From: Mayamaea pseudoterrestris
Taxonomy: Eukaryota
Direction: 5' to 3'
DNA: 64,000 nt
Assembly (NCBI GenBank): GCA_027923505.1
Contig: BROI01000002.1
Coordinates: forward strand, 1,178,001 to 1,242,000
Positions 11,119-24,500 of this stretch are shown piece by piece. Below the pieces are notes generated by a model. That model was not told the origin of the DNA. It saw only the letters and a list, made by a program, of their open reading frames with translations, and ran no database searches. Numbering within the stretch: position 1 is the first letter of the stretch; every line of letters starts with the position of its first letter. The position numbers were made by a program, and so were the translations under genes.

Positions 11119-12021
11119 TCATCTCATTCCTAGCGATGTAAAGCCACCATCCACCGGCAGGCACTGGCCCGTCACGTAGGCGCCAGCTGGGCTCGCCAAA
11201 AAGACGCATGGTCCAACCAAGTCTTCGGGAACGCTGTTTCTGCCAATCATGGTCCGCGCCGCCAGTTGATTCGCTCGCCCCACGTCTGCAAACACACTCT
11301 TGGTGAGCTCGGTGGCAACGTAGCCTGGAGCAACTGCATTCGCCGTGACGTTTTCGTAGCCATGTTTCGTCGAGTAGGCTTCCGCCAGTGCCCGCGTGAG
11401 CCCCAAGACACCACTCTTGCCCGCCGCATATGGAAGTGAATCTGGAAATGCCTGAAACGACTGGAGACTGGCAATGCTAATGATGCGACCATAGTGTTCC
11501 TGACGCATGCTTTCACTCATGGCGCGAGCCAAGAAAAAGGGAGCCGTCAAGGTCAGTGTCAAGGTTTGCTCCCAGTGTTCGGCAGTCAGATTGGATGGAG
11601 CTTGCCGCACATTGACGCCGGCATTGTTGACGAGAATGGTTGGTGGGGTTTCCGTCATGTTTGTGACGTGTTCAATGAGTTTTGGAATTTCGTCAAGCTT
11701 GGAAAGGTCGCAGGTTGCATAGTACGCAATTTGACGAGGTGATTCTTTATCCGGTTGATTGCTATTGCTTCCGTGATTTACTGCATGGTCCAAATTTACT
11801 TGATCTTGTATCATTTGGCAGGTTGCTTGGAGTGGTTCAAGACGTCGTCCGACGACCACCACCGTCGCACCTGCTCGCGCCATGTTTAGAGCGAGCGCGG
11901 CTCCAATTCCCGTACCTCCTCCAGTGATGATTGCCGTCCTGCCTTTGAGTGAAAACAATGACGAAATAAAGGGTAATGGGGAAGAGGAGGAAGATGTTCC
12001 TGGTGTTGATAATGATGACAT
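11119..12021 (-). CDS. Short-chain dehydrogenase/reductase, gluconate 5-dehydrogenase/KduD-like
   Basis: TGGGTGIG, LVNNAG, catalytic YAAGK, NAVAPG and VTGQCLPVDGG motifs. Confidence 0.9.
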   Translation of the reverse strand: MSSLSTPGTSSSSSPLPFISSLFSLKGRTAIITGGGTGIGAALALNMARAGATVVVVGRRLEPLQATCQMIQDQVNLDHAVNHGSNSNQPDKESPRQIAYYATCDLSKLDEIPKLIEHVTNMTETPPTILVNNAGVNVRQAPSNLTAEHWEQTLTLTLTAPFFLARAMSESMRQEHYGRIISIASLQSFQAFPDSLPYAAGKSGVLGLTRALAEAYSTKHGYENVTANAVAPGYVATELTKSVFADVGRANQLAARTMIGRNSVPEDLVGPCVFLASPAGAYVTGQCLPVDGGFTSLGMR

Positions 12022-12555
12022 GTTGAGTCGTTGCAGTGCTTGAAAGAAATGTGGTGTAGAGATTGAGAGACTATAATGAATTGCCTTTTGCGTAAAGTTG
12101 AAAGAGATGAAGATCATTTGTACGATTCTACCGGTAGATTATCGATGTGGCCGCCACAACGGGCAGGCTGCCATGGTGGCGAAGGCGCAATGATTTTAAG
12201 TAACAAAGCGACACGAAATGAATCGCTTCGCTATTCACGTTCCGCGATTTTCTCGATCGAAAGATCGGCGAGCGTTCATGGGTAAATTCCGAAGTTGTTG
12301 TAGCTTACATTAAGCGATAGGAAGGGTGGAGTTTCAACGGTATTGAGTAACGAGGCTAACGGGGACCATATCCGCCTGCTTGATTGTGAAACTGTATAAC
12401 AGTCTTTATTTGCGTCCTTTGCTCGAGCCCGATCCGCGATCCGACTCTTTTGCAATTTTAAGTTTTGACGCAGACAGCCCTCCATATTCCAGTGCAACGA
12501 GCACGCAATCAACGTGTCCTGTTTCAATATCGGATTTGCACTTTCTGTCCTGGCT

Positions 12556-13119
12556 ATGGCGCGACGAAGAAGGAGAAAGCAGAAAAGGCGTCGGTTCTCA
12601 TCTCGGAAACGGTCAAACATTTGCGCTGAAGTGTTGCGTTCGCCTAATTCATCAGTCGACGCTTCCAGTATTCAAATGACCGTGCTTTGCATGAATCGCA
12701 TTTTAGGATTTCCAGGTGTATCGAATCTTATAGCAATCTATTCAGAAGTGTTGCACAAAATCGTGTCTACAAGACAAGCAGACTTGTTTAGCAACTATTG
12801 TTGGAGAAAAGAGGAGCTTGTTGATATTGACGCATGCATCGAAGACCTCCAAGAGCCCACGGCACATTTGATCGAGACAGTGACCTTTATGAATCAGTAC
12901 CCAAACAATCTACCAATCTTGAAAGATGCGTTGTGCTTTTTGGAAGAACTTTGCAAATTCCCGGCACTACGACCATTAATTGCAGAGAAAGCGCTCGTTC
13001 ATGCAACGACTGCTGTTATTTGCCACGCAGACAAGGATGGGGTGATCCATGTGCTCTTTACAACCTTTTTGGCGCGGTTGCTACAACTCGATGTTGGAGT
13101 CGAACCAGTTGCTAGTTGA
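12556..13119 (+). CDS. Hypothetical protein with basic N-terminus and helical C-terminus
   Basis: Open frame of about 187 codons with amphipathic helical character; no motif recognised. Confidence 0.35.
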   Translation: MARRRRRKQKRRRFSSRKRSNICAEVLRSPNSSVDASSIQMTVLCMNRILGFPGVSNLIAIYSEVLHKIVSTRQADLFSNYCWRKEELVDIDACIEDLQEPTAHLIETVTFMNQYPNNLPILKDALCFLEELCKFPALRPLIAEKALVHATTAVICHADKDGVIHVLFTTFLARLLQLDVGVEPVAS

Positions 13120-13714
13120 GTGGAGGAATAGAGCGATTGATGGCGTTCTCGACGCCGGGCTGCAAGGATTGCTGCTGAGGCAGCCGCATCGTCCACTACT
13201 GGGATATGTACGGCTTTTGATGCACTTGAATTTGAGCAATCGACCATCGAGCCAATATTACAAGCAGTCGCATGCGTTTCGTGCTGTGCTAAACCCGTCT
13301 CAATCTTTGAAGAACATGCCGAAAATGTCCCCTTGACTGATTTGCAAGAGGTAATGGAATATTGGCAAGGCTGGATGAATTTAAATTGTAGTTATGAACG
13401 CGTTCAACCCAGTATTGCGTCGTATTTTTGACGCAAAAGGAACATTTAAACCCGTCACCTGCAGCAATCTATTACTGGTCTCATGTCGAGACGCTGAAAA
13501 GAAAAGATTTGATTCGAGAGCAATGCGCACCGAGATATCCGTGCCAAAGGTGCGGTCCCTTTTAGAATGCGGGCATAAAATGGCAGAAGTATATAGCAAC
13601 TATCATGTCTAGTTAAGGCATACACCAGTAGCACAGCAACTTTTGGGAGAGTTATGATAATGTACATTATCGGAACCGTCCACAATGTCTGATATCATCG
13701 CTCATCCAGCCGAC

Positions 13715-15253
13715 TCAAATCGAGATTGGCGCATGGTCCAGCTCCAAAATGGTTGATTCGTTCCACATGCGCAAGCACCGCTGGCCAAGCAGATCAATCG
13801 TCCGCTGCGTCGTTGCCTTGATGCCATGCCCACTCGTGAGTCCCATTTGTATCGAGTGCTTGACGGCATCATACTCACGGCATCCCTCCGTCTGCAGTTC
13901 CAGCACTTGGTAGACGGCCACGCCTGCGTCTGTCAGCTCAAAGTCGTTGAAAAGGAGCGACAAGACGTTAGTCTTTTGTTGCAGCCAAGCTGCATCAACG
14001 GTTCGAGTAGCTGCTGCCGTCGAGTGGCACTTGCTTGATCCAGCGTGTTTCCTTGTGCGAGCCTTTTTCTGTGGCAAAAATGCCGGAGCATCTGTCGTTG
14101 CTTCGGACGCATCGTCGTCCATGCCCAATGAGACTCGATGAAAGGCACGCTTCGTACTGCTCGCTTTTGAAGCCTCCCTATCGCCGGCAGAGCCGTCATC
14201 GGCGTCACTGTCGTTTTCGCTGCTTTCATGGTATTTGCTTTTGTTGCTACAAGTTCCATTTTGCTCGCCATGCTGCTCGGCATTTTGCTCTTCCAGCTCA
14301 TCCTCGTCATCATCGGATTCTTCCTCGTCTGCTTCCTCGACTCGCTCAAGTCCATCCAGCGGACTCTTCATCAAACTAACATTATTATCGTCAGTATCTG
14401 CTTCACATGCACGTACTGCATTTGCATCAAACACTGGCAGTGTATATGGCGCCGTGGCTGCCCATAGTTGCAGCACGAGCGTCTCCGACGGCGTGACACT
14501 GCTCGAGGCGGTGCGTCGTCCGGTCGACTTGGCGTTTGGCGCCGCGAGCGATCCCGTTTGACGATACAGGACGCGCAGCTCATGGAGCGAGTGAACGTAG
14601 TGAACGCCGTGCAAGAGTGTTTCGTCGTTGCCATTCTCGAGCGCACCCGCTAAATAAATGCGATTGCGTTCCTTGTCAAACACCACCTTGCGCTTGGTGA
14701 GAATCATTTCAATAGTTTCTTCAGTTGCGATATGTGACGCAAGCGCTGGATTCATTCCCTTGAGGCTTTCCCTGGCATCCGTGGCAGTCGTCCAGTCGAC
14801 GTGCTGCGTGCGAATGGTCCATTCCAATGCTTGGAGACGATCGGCGTCGAGTAAATGAGCATTGGGAATGCCGGAGTGCAGCATGGAAGCAACGACTTCA
14901 TCCACGCAAGACCAAGTCTTTAGATTCGAAGGATGATTGGCGCTTGTCAATGTCGTCTTGCTGCTGCTTTCCTTGACCAGGAGCGGATGAGAGTAACACT
15001 TGCCAATGCGCTGAAAGCCAAGCGTCAGCAAATCGTCGTGCTTGTTGCCACGAGGATCCAATGACAGCCATGACTTTTCCCAAGCAGTGGGAGAGCGGAG
15101 CCTGATCACCAAGACCATTTTTTGTGCAATGGCGATGCAATAAGAGTTCAAGCAAGGAGGGGCCAGAAGGTATGATCGTCGGATGGCGACTACAATGGTG
15201 GCTTCGTCGAAGGAAGAGATCCGACCATTGCTTGGCTGGCGCGCTCTTTTCAT
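13715..15253 (-). CDS. Hypothetical protein with acidic low-complexity centre; start uncertain
   Basis: 512-codon ORF with globular-looking N- and C-terminal parts and a D/E-rich linker. Confidence 0.65.
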   Translation of the reverse strand: MKRARQPSNGRISSFDEATIVVAIRRSYLLAPPCLNSYCIAIAQKMVLVIRLRSPTAWEKSWLSLDPRGNKHDDLLTLGFQRIGKCYSHPLLVKESSSKTTLTSANHPSNLKTWSCVDEVVASMLHSGIPNAHLLDADRLQALEWTIRTQHVDWTTATDARESLKGMNPALASHIATEETIEMILTKRKVVFDKERNRIYLAGALENGNDETLLHGVHYVHSLHELRVLYRQTGSLAAPNAKSTGRRTASSSVTPSETLVLQLWAATAPYTLPVFDANAVRACEADTDDNNVSLMKSPLDGLERVEEADEEESDDDEDELEEQNAEQHGEQNGTCSNKSKYHESSENDSDADDGSAGDREASKASSTKRAFHRVSLGMDDDASEATTDAPAFLPQKKARTRKHAGSSKCHSTAAATRTVDAAWLQQKTNVLSLLFNDFELTDAGVAVYQVLELQTEGCREYDAVKHSIQMGLTSGHGIKATTQRTIDLLGQRCLRMWNESTILELDHAPISI

Positions 15254-15345
15254 CCGTTCAAATTGGAAACTTCGAAATTGCGCGCGCGCCGGTTGATTCC
15301 AATTTGCTACCCATTGCCGGCCATGCTACCTGCTGCAACAGTGTA

Positions 15346-15660
15346 TGTAGGCTTCCAGGCAGTCCCTTTTGCACCATTTGAGACTATGCACATGTCAATG
15401 GCACACCCTGGACTGGTTTTGCCTGACTCAATGGGTTGTTCAGTGGCCAGGGCATGGGGCATCTTAGTAGTATGATTCCATAACTTTGGGTGTTAGCCAT
15501 ACTGTACCCATCCTGCGGACCATTCCATGGTGTAGGCTTCCAGGCATTCCTTTCTGCACAATTTGAGACCATCCTCATGTCAATGGCACACCCTAAACTG
15601 GTTTTGCCTGACCCAATGGGTTGTTGAGTGGCCAGGGCATGGGGCATCTTAGTGGTATGA
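15346..15660. repeat. Two diverged direct copies of a 130-bp unit (15346-15475 and 15531-15660)
   Basis: Ungapped alignment at offset 185, e.g. TGTAGGCTTCCAGGCA...GTGGCCAGGGCATGGGGCATCTTAGT. Confidence 0.9.
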
Positions 15661-15796
15661 ATAGCATTTCCTCACTGCGAGTATGCAAAATTTTGTGGAT
15701 GTACGTACAATAGAGAAAAGGAAGATGACTATAGATTAACATGGCATTGGTGCAATAATGGTTACTGCGTCAGTCAGCAAAATCATCAAGTACGAA

Positions 15797-17286
<1,490 letters not shown>

Positions 17287-17659
17287 TTAACTAGTCTGAT
17301 TTTAGTAGATTGATGAAGCAAAGTTAAACACAGCGTCGATCAAGAGGAAGCAAGGGCTGCTGTCGAGAGCAGAGCGGCGTGACGAGATGGAAGAATGAAC
17401 GGACTTGATGTTTCCAAGCTGACGCAGGCCCACGTCATCATCATCTACTCCCGTCAAGCTCATTTGAACCTTATTACTATGGCTTCCAAAGTACAAAAAC
17501 GCCGACGAGTATTTAACGCTGACGTTTCGGCGTTCCTCGTGCAATTGGCGCGACCATGACGCTGATAGATTCATCGATTCGTCAGCGCTACAACGACCCG
17601 CAGGTAGTGGTCTCAATAGCACAATACAATCAAGTAGCTGCAACTCCTACATCTATACA

Positions 17660-18460
17660 ATGAAGTTTGCAAGCAGTGTCGTCATCGCATTGACTTTTGC
17701 GTCAACAAGCCAAGCCTTTGCTCCGCAACGAGCGTCATTCGTCGCACAACAAACACAACAAAGCATTGTTACTCCAGCAGCACAACCTCTCTACAACAGC
17801 AAGGACATTTACGACGACGACGTCGACGAAGAGGTCGAAGAACTCGTCCAAAAGGAGCTTGCCAAGAATGCTCGCATGAGCAACTTGCGCAACGCCAATG
17901 GCGTGGAATACGCTCCCTGGATGCGACTGTCGGAGGAGGATGAGAAGCGGATTCGCGCCACGGTGCGCGAAAAGACGGCCCAACGAAAACTGCGGCGCGA
18001 GCAGGAGCAGACGGTGCAGGGATCCTTGCTGCGTGACAGTCAGGGGCAGGAACTTTCGGGGGTTGGTTTGAGGAGTCGGGTCATTGATGATGAGAGTGTG
18101 GAATTGGAGTGGGCCACGTCGTCGGAGGCATCGACGCGAGGGTTTATTGTCAAGCGTCGAGCGGCCAAGACGGAAGATTTTCAAGTACTGGCTTCGTATG
18201 AAAGCTATGGACCGCTGCAGTCGCAGGGAGTGGAAGGAGGTGTCTATCGCTACTTGGATGAAGGTGTTGGAGCTGGTGGCTGGGTATATCGCGTGACGGA
18301 ATGTGAAAGCAATGGCGCCGAAAACGATCTTTCGCAATGTCTTGTCAATATTGAGACCAAGGAGGAGCAGCAAGGAGCCCTCATTACACTGGCAGCCTTT
18401 GGAGCTGTGGCTGTTGCCGCTGTCATTGCTGGGATTACGCTTGATCCGGTCCAGTACTAG
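17660..18460 (+). CDS. Plastid-targeted protein with FN3/Ig-like domain and C-terminal TM helix
   Basis: Signal peptide ending SQA-FAP (ASAFAP motif), beta-sandwich pattern VELEWATSSE...GFIVKRR...YRYLD...WVYRVTE, hydrophobic C-terminus. Confidence 0.8.
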   Translation: MKFASSVVIALTFASTSQAFAPQRASFVAQQTQQSIVTPAAQPLYNSKDIYDDDVDEEVEELVQKELAKNARMSNLRNANGVEYAPWMRLSEEDEKRIRATVREKTAQRKLRREQEQTVQGSLLRDSQGQELSGVGLRSRVIDDESVELEWATSSEASTRGFIVKRRAAKTEDFQVLASYESYGPLQSQGVEGGVYRYLDEGVGAGGWVYRVTECESNGAENDLSQCLVNIETKEEQQGALITLAAFGAVAVAAVIAGITLDPVQY

Positions 18461-18656
18461 AAAGATTCACAACTGCATGCTATTACGGAAGACGAAATGA
18501 AACGCGGACGAAAGACGGATTCATCCGATACGCTGTATACTCATACACAGTAATCTTTGCTATAAACTTTATGATCGTGTCCTTTGACATTCACTCTAAT
18601 ATAAATGCACCGTAAATAATGGAGATATCGCAAAGCTGGCTGGGTGAACTTCCATT

Positions 18657-19820
18657 TTAATACGATACGGGCGGCAACGTAGGATTCGCCTTGCGGGAGC
18701 GTTTGTCGCGATGCTCGTCCGTAGAATGCGTCGTCTGACGGTCGCAGTGGCCGCACCACTTCTTCTTCCTCCGTGAAGGAGAATCCGAAAGACTATCAGA
18801 GGCTTCAGATTCGCAGTCCGGAAACAGCGGCTTCCATTGCTGTTGGGAAACGAGTTCTTCATATGAGGCAATGGCAAGGCGGAACAAGTCTTGAGGGAGA
18901 CATTTGTTGGCAGCCATGTGCTGGTCCCGGTCATGTGGGGACATTTGACAGCAAACTCCCCATGCCTCGGAGTGAAGTGAATCAAATTTCATGAAGCTCT
19001 CGATAAACTCCATTTTTATTCGAGAGTCTTCTCCACTGGCCCTCAAGAGATTCTTGAAGAGTCTGCAGGTTTTTCGATGATCGTACGCACCAGCATCCTG
19101 GACGATAGTGATAAGATCGAGTACCTTGATGCAATACGCGGTTATGTTCTCACCAACGAAATCAGTGGGAAGAATGGCAATGGCTTCGTCTTCAAGACGG
19201 CGATGCATGTCATAATTATGCTGGCGGACCATGGATAGGATACGCCAGTACGTGACCGCAAAGGAACCAGGTTCATTGCCGGGTGTGAGATGAATGAGGC
19301 GTTTGAGCATCGTTGGATCAATTGAGTTGCGAATGAAGATGGTCGCTTGTACGTCGTTGATCTTGTCGTATTGATCATAGGTCTCCTTCGGCTCCGCAAA
19401 AGCATCTTCGACCATTTTCACGTCGCGGAAAATACCGCAATGGCGCGGCAAAAAGACGACACTGTCCTTGTCGCGAGGATCATGTCCATACGCAATCGTA
19501 TCCATTCCAAACTTGACGAGGTGATCGCTCACTTGATGCTCCCACATGAGAACGTCGCCAGTGAACGTGAGCTTGACCGGCAAACCTTTGATGCGATCCG
19601 ACTGGGTGTATCCACCGTAGACACCGCTAAGGGGGCGCATCATACCGTCTGAATTAGGGCGCTTGTGTGTATCATGCTCGTTGAACTCCTCAAAGTTTCG
19701 GCTGGGCGTTCCGCCGGTCCACGGGATGAACTCCTTCTGAGATATTTGCAAAAGGCCCCCGTGGATTGGCTTTGGCGGGAGGAGTACTTCCTCTTTCACA
19801 TCCTGGTTTTTGACGGACAT
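18657..19820 (-). CDS. Stand-alone copia-type Gag-like protein
   Basis: Motifs WTGGTP, HLVKFGMDTIAY, YDQYDKIND...FIRNSID and PTDFVGENI resemble diatom copia Gag as recalled. C-terminal C-x2-C-x5-H-x4-H knuckle (WCGHCDRQTTHSTDEH). Confidence 0.7.
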   Translation of the reverse strand: MSVKNQDVKEEVLLPPKPIHGGLLQISQKEFIPWTGGTPSRNFEEFNEHDTHKRPNSDGMMRPLSGVYGGYTQSDRIKGLPVKLTFTGDVLMWEHQVSDHLVKFGMDTIAYGHDPRDKDSVVFLPRHCGIFRDVKMVEDAFAEPKETYDQYDKINDVQATIFIRNSIDPTMLKRLIHLTPGNEPGSFAVTYWRILSMVRQHNYDMHRRLEDEAIAILPTDFVGENITAYCIKVLDLITIVQDAGAYDHRKTCRLFKNLLRASGEDSRIKMEFIESFMKFDSLHSEAWGVCCQMSPHDRDQHMAANKCLPQDLFRLAIASYEELVSQQQWKPLFPDCESEASDSLSDSPSRRKKKWCGHCDRQTTHSTDEHRDKRSRKANPTLPPVSY

Positions 19821-20413
19821 ACTACAATTTTCGTCTGCCTTGAAACAATGGCGGAAACGACGAGAGAGAAACAAGCAGACGAGAGAGGCTAGATTGTTGG
19901 AGCAAGGATGCCGTTGGTCGAGTTACCTCAACCGAAGAGGCACGCTGTCACGGCCGTGAAACCCATCACGATAATAATTTTACAAGTCGCCGAGGCGTTA
20001 CGGGACACTTACACATACATGACTGTGAGAAGCTTTACCTCAATTAGATGGTGGGAGACTGTCTCAATGATTGGCAGTAGAGAGCTTACTAGTTGAGCAC
20101 CTGGATCAATGAAGTAAATACGCAAAAAATCGCCACGTTGACCGCGTCTTACTGCTGGCTCTGCATGAAACAAACAAGCAAGCTTGCCCGAGCTAGAATA
20201 CCGGTTATTCCTTCTTCAGCAGCAGCGCCAATTAAAAAAGGACGGACGACATACTGCGTAAACTGGTAGCCTTGCCTACGGTAGTATTGTCGACGAGCAG
20301 CGAGCACTAGCGCGAAGAGGGTCAAGATAGAATAGCTTGGATGTCGCAGCGGTTAAAAAGAGTCCCGGAGAGACTTTTCGTTTAATGAAATCGACGCCAT
20401 CACTTCTGTGACC

Positions 20414-21472
20414 ATGGCAAGTTCCTTGCTCGCCTCGTACCCGCAGTCTACGTGGGATGCGGCAGCAGTCAGCCTCCGAGACAATTCGGGACTCGCTCTC
20501 ATTGAATTAGACGATATAACTCTCCAGCAAATATCCAAGACTGCCTTTGAGTCGACCCTTTCTCACTTGGCCATGTTTGCCAACGATTTTTCGCAACACA
20601 TTTCTCCGTTGGCCGATGCCGCTCACGCGACTGGCTACCATGGCGCAAGCGATGCGTCTAGTATGAGTCGGTACAATCAGTTTCGCGAGGGACTCGTCTT
20701 TAGTGATGGAAACAAGCTCAAGCAATGTAGTGGTGATGCTCATGCCGACGACGACGACGACGACGACAGATTCAAATATGCAAGCCTGCAAAAGTACTTG
20801 AATGAGTTGGAAGACATGCTACACTGCATCGCGGAACATGTTTGCAGAGGCATTGAACGAGAGTTGGGATTGTCAGAGGGATGGTTTCAAGCCAACTTTG
20901 GACCGACGCGTTGTAGCAGTCAGTGGCACGTGAAGCGATACTTGCCTCCAATAGTGCAAACTGATGCCGACACCGTCACCGAGGACAATTACTCGACTAA
21001 AAACCTTTTACCAATTCATACTGATCCATCTTTGATATCCATCATTATCCATGACCGTCCTGGAAAACAAACTGGAGCGCAGGGACTACAGTACAGCCAC
21101 ACTGGTGCGGATGGAACGCGCCAGTACATAAACGTGTCACACTCGGGCCACGCCGTGGCCGTCGTCTTCGTTGGATCCGTCCTTGGTCACGTGACGGGCA
21201 ACTACTATCCGGCGTGTCGACACTACGTGGCGCCGCCAATGCAGCAACAGCATCGCATGGCGGCCACACTCTTTCTGCGACCTTCTCCACATGCTCGCCT
21301 CGTGGTGCCGCCGTCCCTGCAACTGCGCCACGTCAAAATGAAGCGAAACGACATGACGTTTGGGGAATGGAACATGCGAGTCTCGAAGCGATACATGAAG
21401 GGCAATGGTAAGACGTTGGCATGCAACGTCGACGGTAAGCAGGCGGAGGCGAAGCAGTGTGCTGACGGATGA
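20414..21472 (+). CDS. 2-oxoglutarate/Fe(II)-dependent dioxygenase, IPNS-like
   Basis: HTDPSLISI (HxD), GLQ, distal His in ACRHYV and RMAATLF. Confidence 0.85.
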   Translation: MASSLLASYPQSTWDAAAVSLRDNSGLALIELDDITLQQISKTAFESTLSHLAMFANDFSQHISPLADAAHATGYHGASDASSMSRYNQFREGLVFSDGNKLKQCSGDAHADDDDDDDRFKYASLQKYLNELEDMLHCIAEHVCRGIERELGLSEGWFQANFGPTRCSSQWHVKRYLPPIVQTDADTVTEDNYSTKNLLPIHTDPSLISIIIHDRPGKQTGAQGLQYSHTGADGTRQYINVSHSGHAVAVVFVGSVLGHVTGNYYPACRHYVAPPMQQQHRMAATLFLRPSPHARLVVPPSLQLRHVKMKRNDMTFGEWNMRVSKRYMKGNGKTLACNVDGKQAEAKQCADG

Positions 21473-21566
21473 ACCTCGCAACGTGCGTGAAGGAAACTGC
21501 AGCTACTATTTGGCAGGAATGGGTAACAAAGTCAAAATATGCATTATAGTGCAAGAGCAAATATTG

Positions 21567-24500
21567 CTACGGCCACCAAGAAAGATCGCCTAGGACTTCA
21601 CTACCCAGCGCCGTGACGGCCGCTTCCGAATCTCGAAGACTTGATCGCAACTGCCTCATGATGATTTCCTTGTGTGGAAGAATCGCTTCCAACACCAAAA
21701 GATTCCGATTAACGCTCGTTCCTGCGCGACGAACGAGTGCCTGCAGAAGCTTGACACCAGCCAGTCGAACTTTCCAGAATTTGTCCTTCAACGTGCCTTC
21801 AACAAATTGCACAATCATTGAACTGGTGGATGGCAATCTCAACTTTTCATCTTGGCATACTTGCACAAGTTTAGCCATGCATTCGGTCGAAGCCTGACGA
21901 ATAGTCCAAGCAGTCTGCTTTTCGCCTCCGAGCGACTTGAGACGAAGCAGTGTTTCAGATACGTCGTTTACTTGCTCTTCGCCGAATGACTGACTCCCAA
22001 TATCTTGAAAAAAGAGTTCTCCCAAACAGTCCAATGCAGTCGCAACCAAGACTGGTTTTTCGTCAATTTGATCCAAGAAATCTAGCAACCTCGGGGTCAT
22101 GAGTGGGTATAAAGATTCCTTGGCGGCGGTGCCATCGCTTGACAAACTTGATAATAGTGTTTTTAAGCCTCTTAAAGCACTTGCACGGTAGGGGAGTGAA
22201 TAGTCAGAATAGCCTTGTGGAGACGTCAGCCCCTGACTGAGAAGCAACCTACAAAACCCAGTAAACACCACTGGAGAGAATGTGCGACGTTCGGTTACAT
22301 TTCGTTCGTTTCCGCTTTCCTCCGCAAGAGTTGCATGGCAATCTTGCATGTCAATCTGCTTGTCACCCTCCGTAGCATCCTTCATAGGTTCTGATAGGTT
22401 GTCGACCTCTTCCACAGTAGCTTCAACGCCATCTTCTCTACTGCGAAGAAATGCATCTCCTACAATCAAATCATCAGGACAGGCCGATGACAAAGCCACA
22501 GGCTTCCACGGACATGGATTATCAATATCGGTCCAGCCGTTTAAGGTTTTACTTTCGCTTTCCTTCGATACTTCAGCAGTAATCCATTTGGAAGCGAGCT
22601 GAACAGCTGAGTCAATGACATCTCCTTTTCCAGTCCACAATCTTGGCTTACTAATTGATATAACGCACTCTTGCAGCGCCAAAGACGCTGCCTCTGCACG
22701 AAAGCGAGCTCTTCCTATTTTTTGCGGATTGTCAGTCCCACGCGGTGCAGATTGTTGGAGTGGAACAACAACCCCTATGTCAGACAGCTCGTTCAGCGCC
22801 GTTGCTCCAACTATTCGTCTAGACCATGATACATCTCGAATTGCACTAATGCAAGCGTCGACGAGTTTATCCAAAATCCTTTCTTCCAAACGGGTACCGT
22901 ACGTTGTTGAAGCTGAGAACTCAGATATACACGATCCGCCTTCGTCCCAAACCTCTCTCCAATACGTTGCAGTCTTCTTGTCCAAGTCTTTGCATCCTAA
23001 GAAGGCTGTGGGAAGAATTGTGTCGCCCCAAACGTATCCGTCGGCAAAGTGTTCCGGTGCCCGCAAGGCTATTGCTCGAAGAGCGGCTGCACTCGATCGG
23101 CGAGAGGCAGGGTCGTCACTGTTACCTGTGCTACGACGGTAACTTTCGCATGCTCGCAAAGCCAGCGAGCGAACACTAGCACCAGGACAAAGGGCCGCAA
23201 GGTTTCCGAATGCATGAATCATTTTGTCCTTCGAATTGTCGCCGCGCTCTCTTTCACTTGCGTAAAAAAATGCGCGAAGCAATCGTACCGAAGGGTTCGA
23301 ATTAGGCGGCCCCGAGAATCGAAATGCGTTAGGCACAGTTGAACACAGCGTCGAGACAGCGTCTGCAACAGCAGCTCGCGTTGCAAAGCCTGCTGATAAG
23401 CGGAGCGCGGAATCAAGTTGAGATATTACAGCATGCTGATGCTTTTCGTCCAGACAAGGAACGATATCAAGACATTTCGATAAGGCACTCGCGAGTGGTG
23501 AACTCTGCGCCATTTGAAGCCGAATTCTCTCGAGGCCTTCTTGATCATTCGTCCTCAGTTGTAAGTAATTAAGCGCAGCTGGTTCAAGTCCAGACATGGC
23601 CAAGAGAAGCGACCTAATCAGGTCGGGCAGCACGGGGTGTAGCAGTGTCGAAATGGAAGGCAAACTTATCACTTCAATAAGGGTACTGACACAGATTCCA
23701 GTCGCCTCAGCACATGGCTGACTGAGACCATATCGGCAAAGCCAACCAAGTGACGTCGCTGCAGCAGCTGCGGCATCTCGCTGGCGCGTCGATCTAACCT
23801 CGTCTCGCATCCTTTTGCGGTGCGAAGGAGCTTGGTCTGGATCACAAAGTCTGATAGTTAACGCCCTCACACCGCGAGCTAGACTCTCTCCAGCCTCCCT
23901 TACCGAGCCGCGTACGTCATCTAGTGCTCTCGTTGATGTCTTCCATAGACGTAGCAGACGGGTGGCTGCGGTCGGTGTTGTACTGTTATTGAAGTCATCT
24001 TCATCGAGTAACGGCCCTCCTCCACCAAGATCCGACCACTCTCTGCCCACAATTATGTCAGCAAGAGCACCAAGCGCTCCGCATCTTGCCCTCCAAAGCT
24101 TACTTGATGTGTCGTCAAGAAGCGCGTCAGTAGTTGACGCAAAGTGTTGAGTAATCATTTCCCGCGCCTCAGCTCCTCCGCCAGTTAGACCAATCCAAAG
24201 CGACTTTATCTGCTCTCTTGTTTGTTTATTCGGATCAAAACGAGCACGCAAGAGGCGAGGAACGAGCTTCCCCATATGAGGACGAAGTATGTCTCTCATC
24301 TCCTTTGTATTCGAACTAGGTCCAAGCTTCAAACTTGAGCTTAAGAGAGATGAGGCATGATACCGATCTCGGAATTCCTCCGTTAACCAGGCTGGATGCG
24401 AAACAGATAGCAAGAAAAGCGTGTACAGCAAGTCGTCACGTCCGATTGCCACACTTACTGCAGCCATTTCTCTGTAAGCTCCCAGGGCTGCTTCGCTCAT

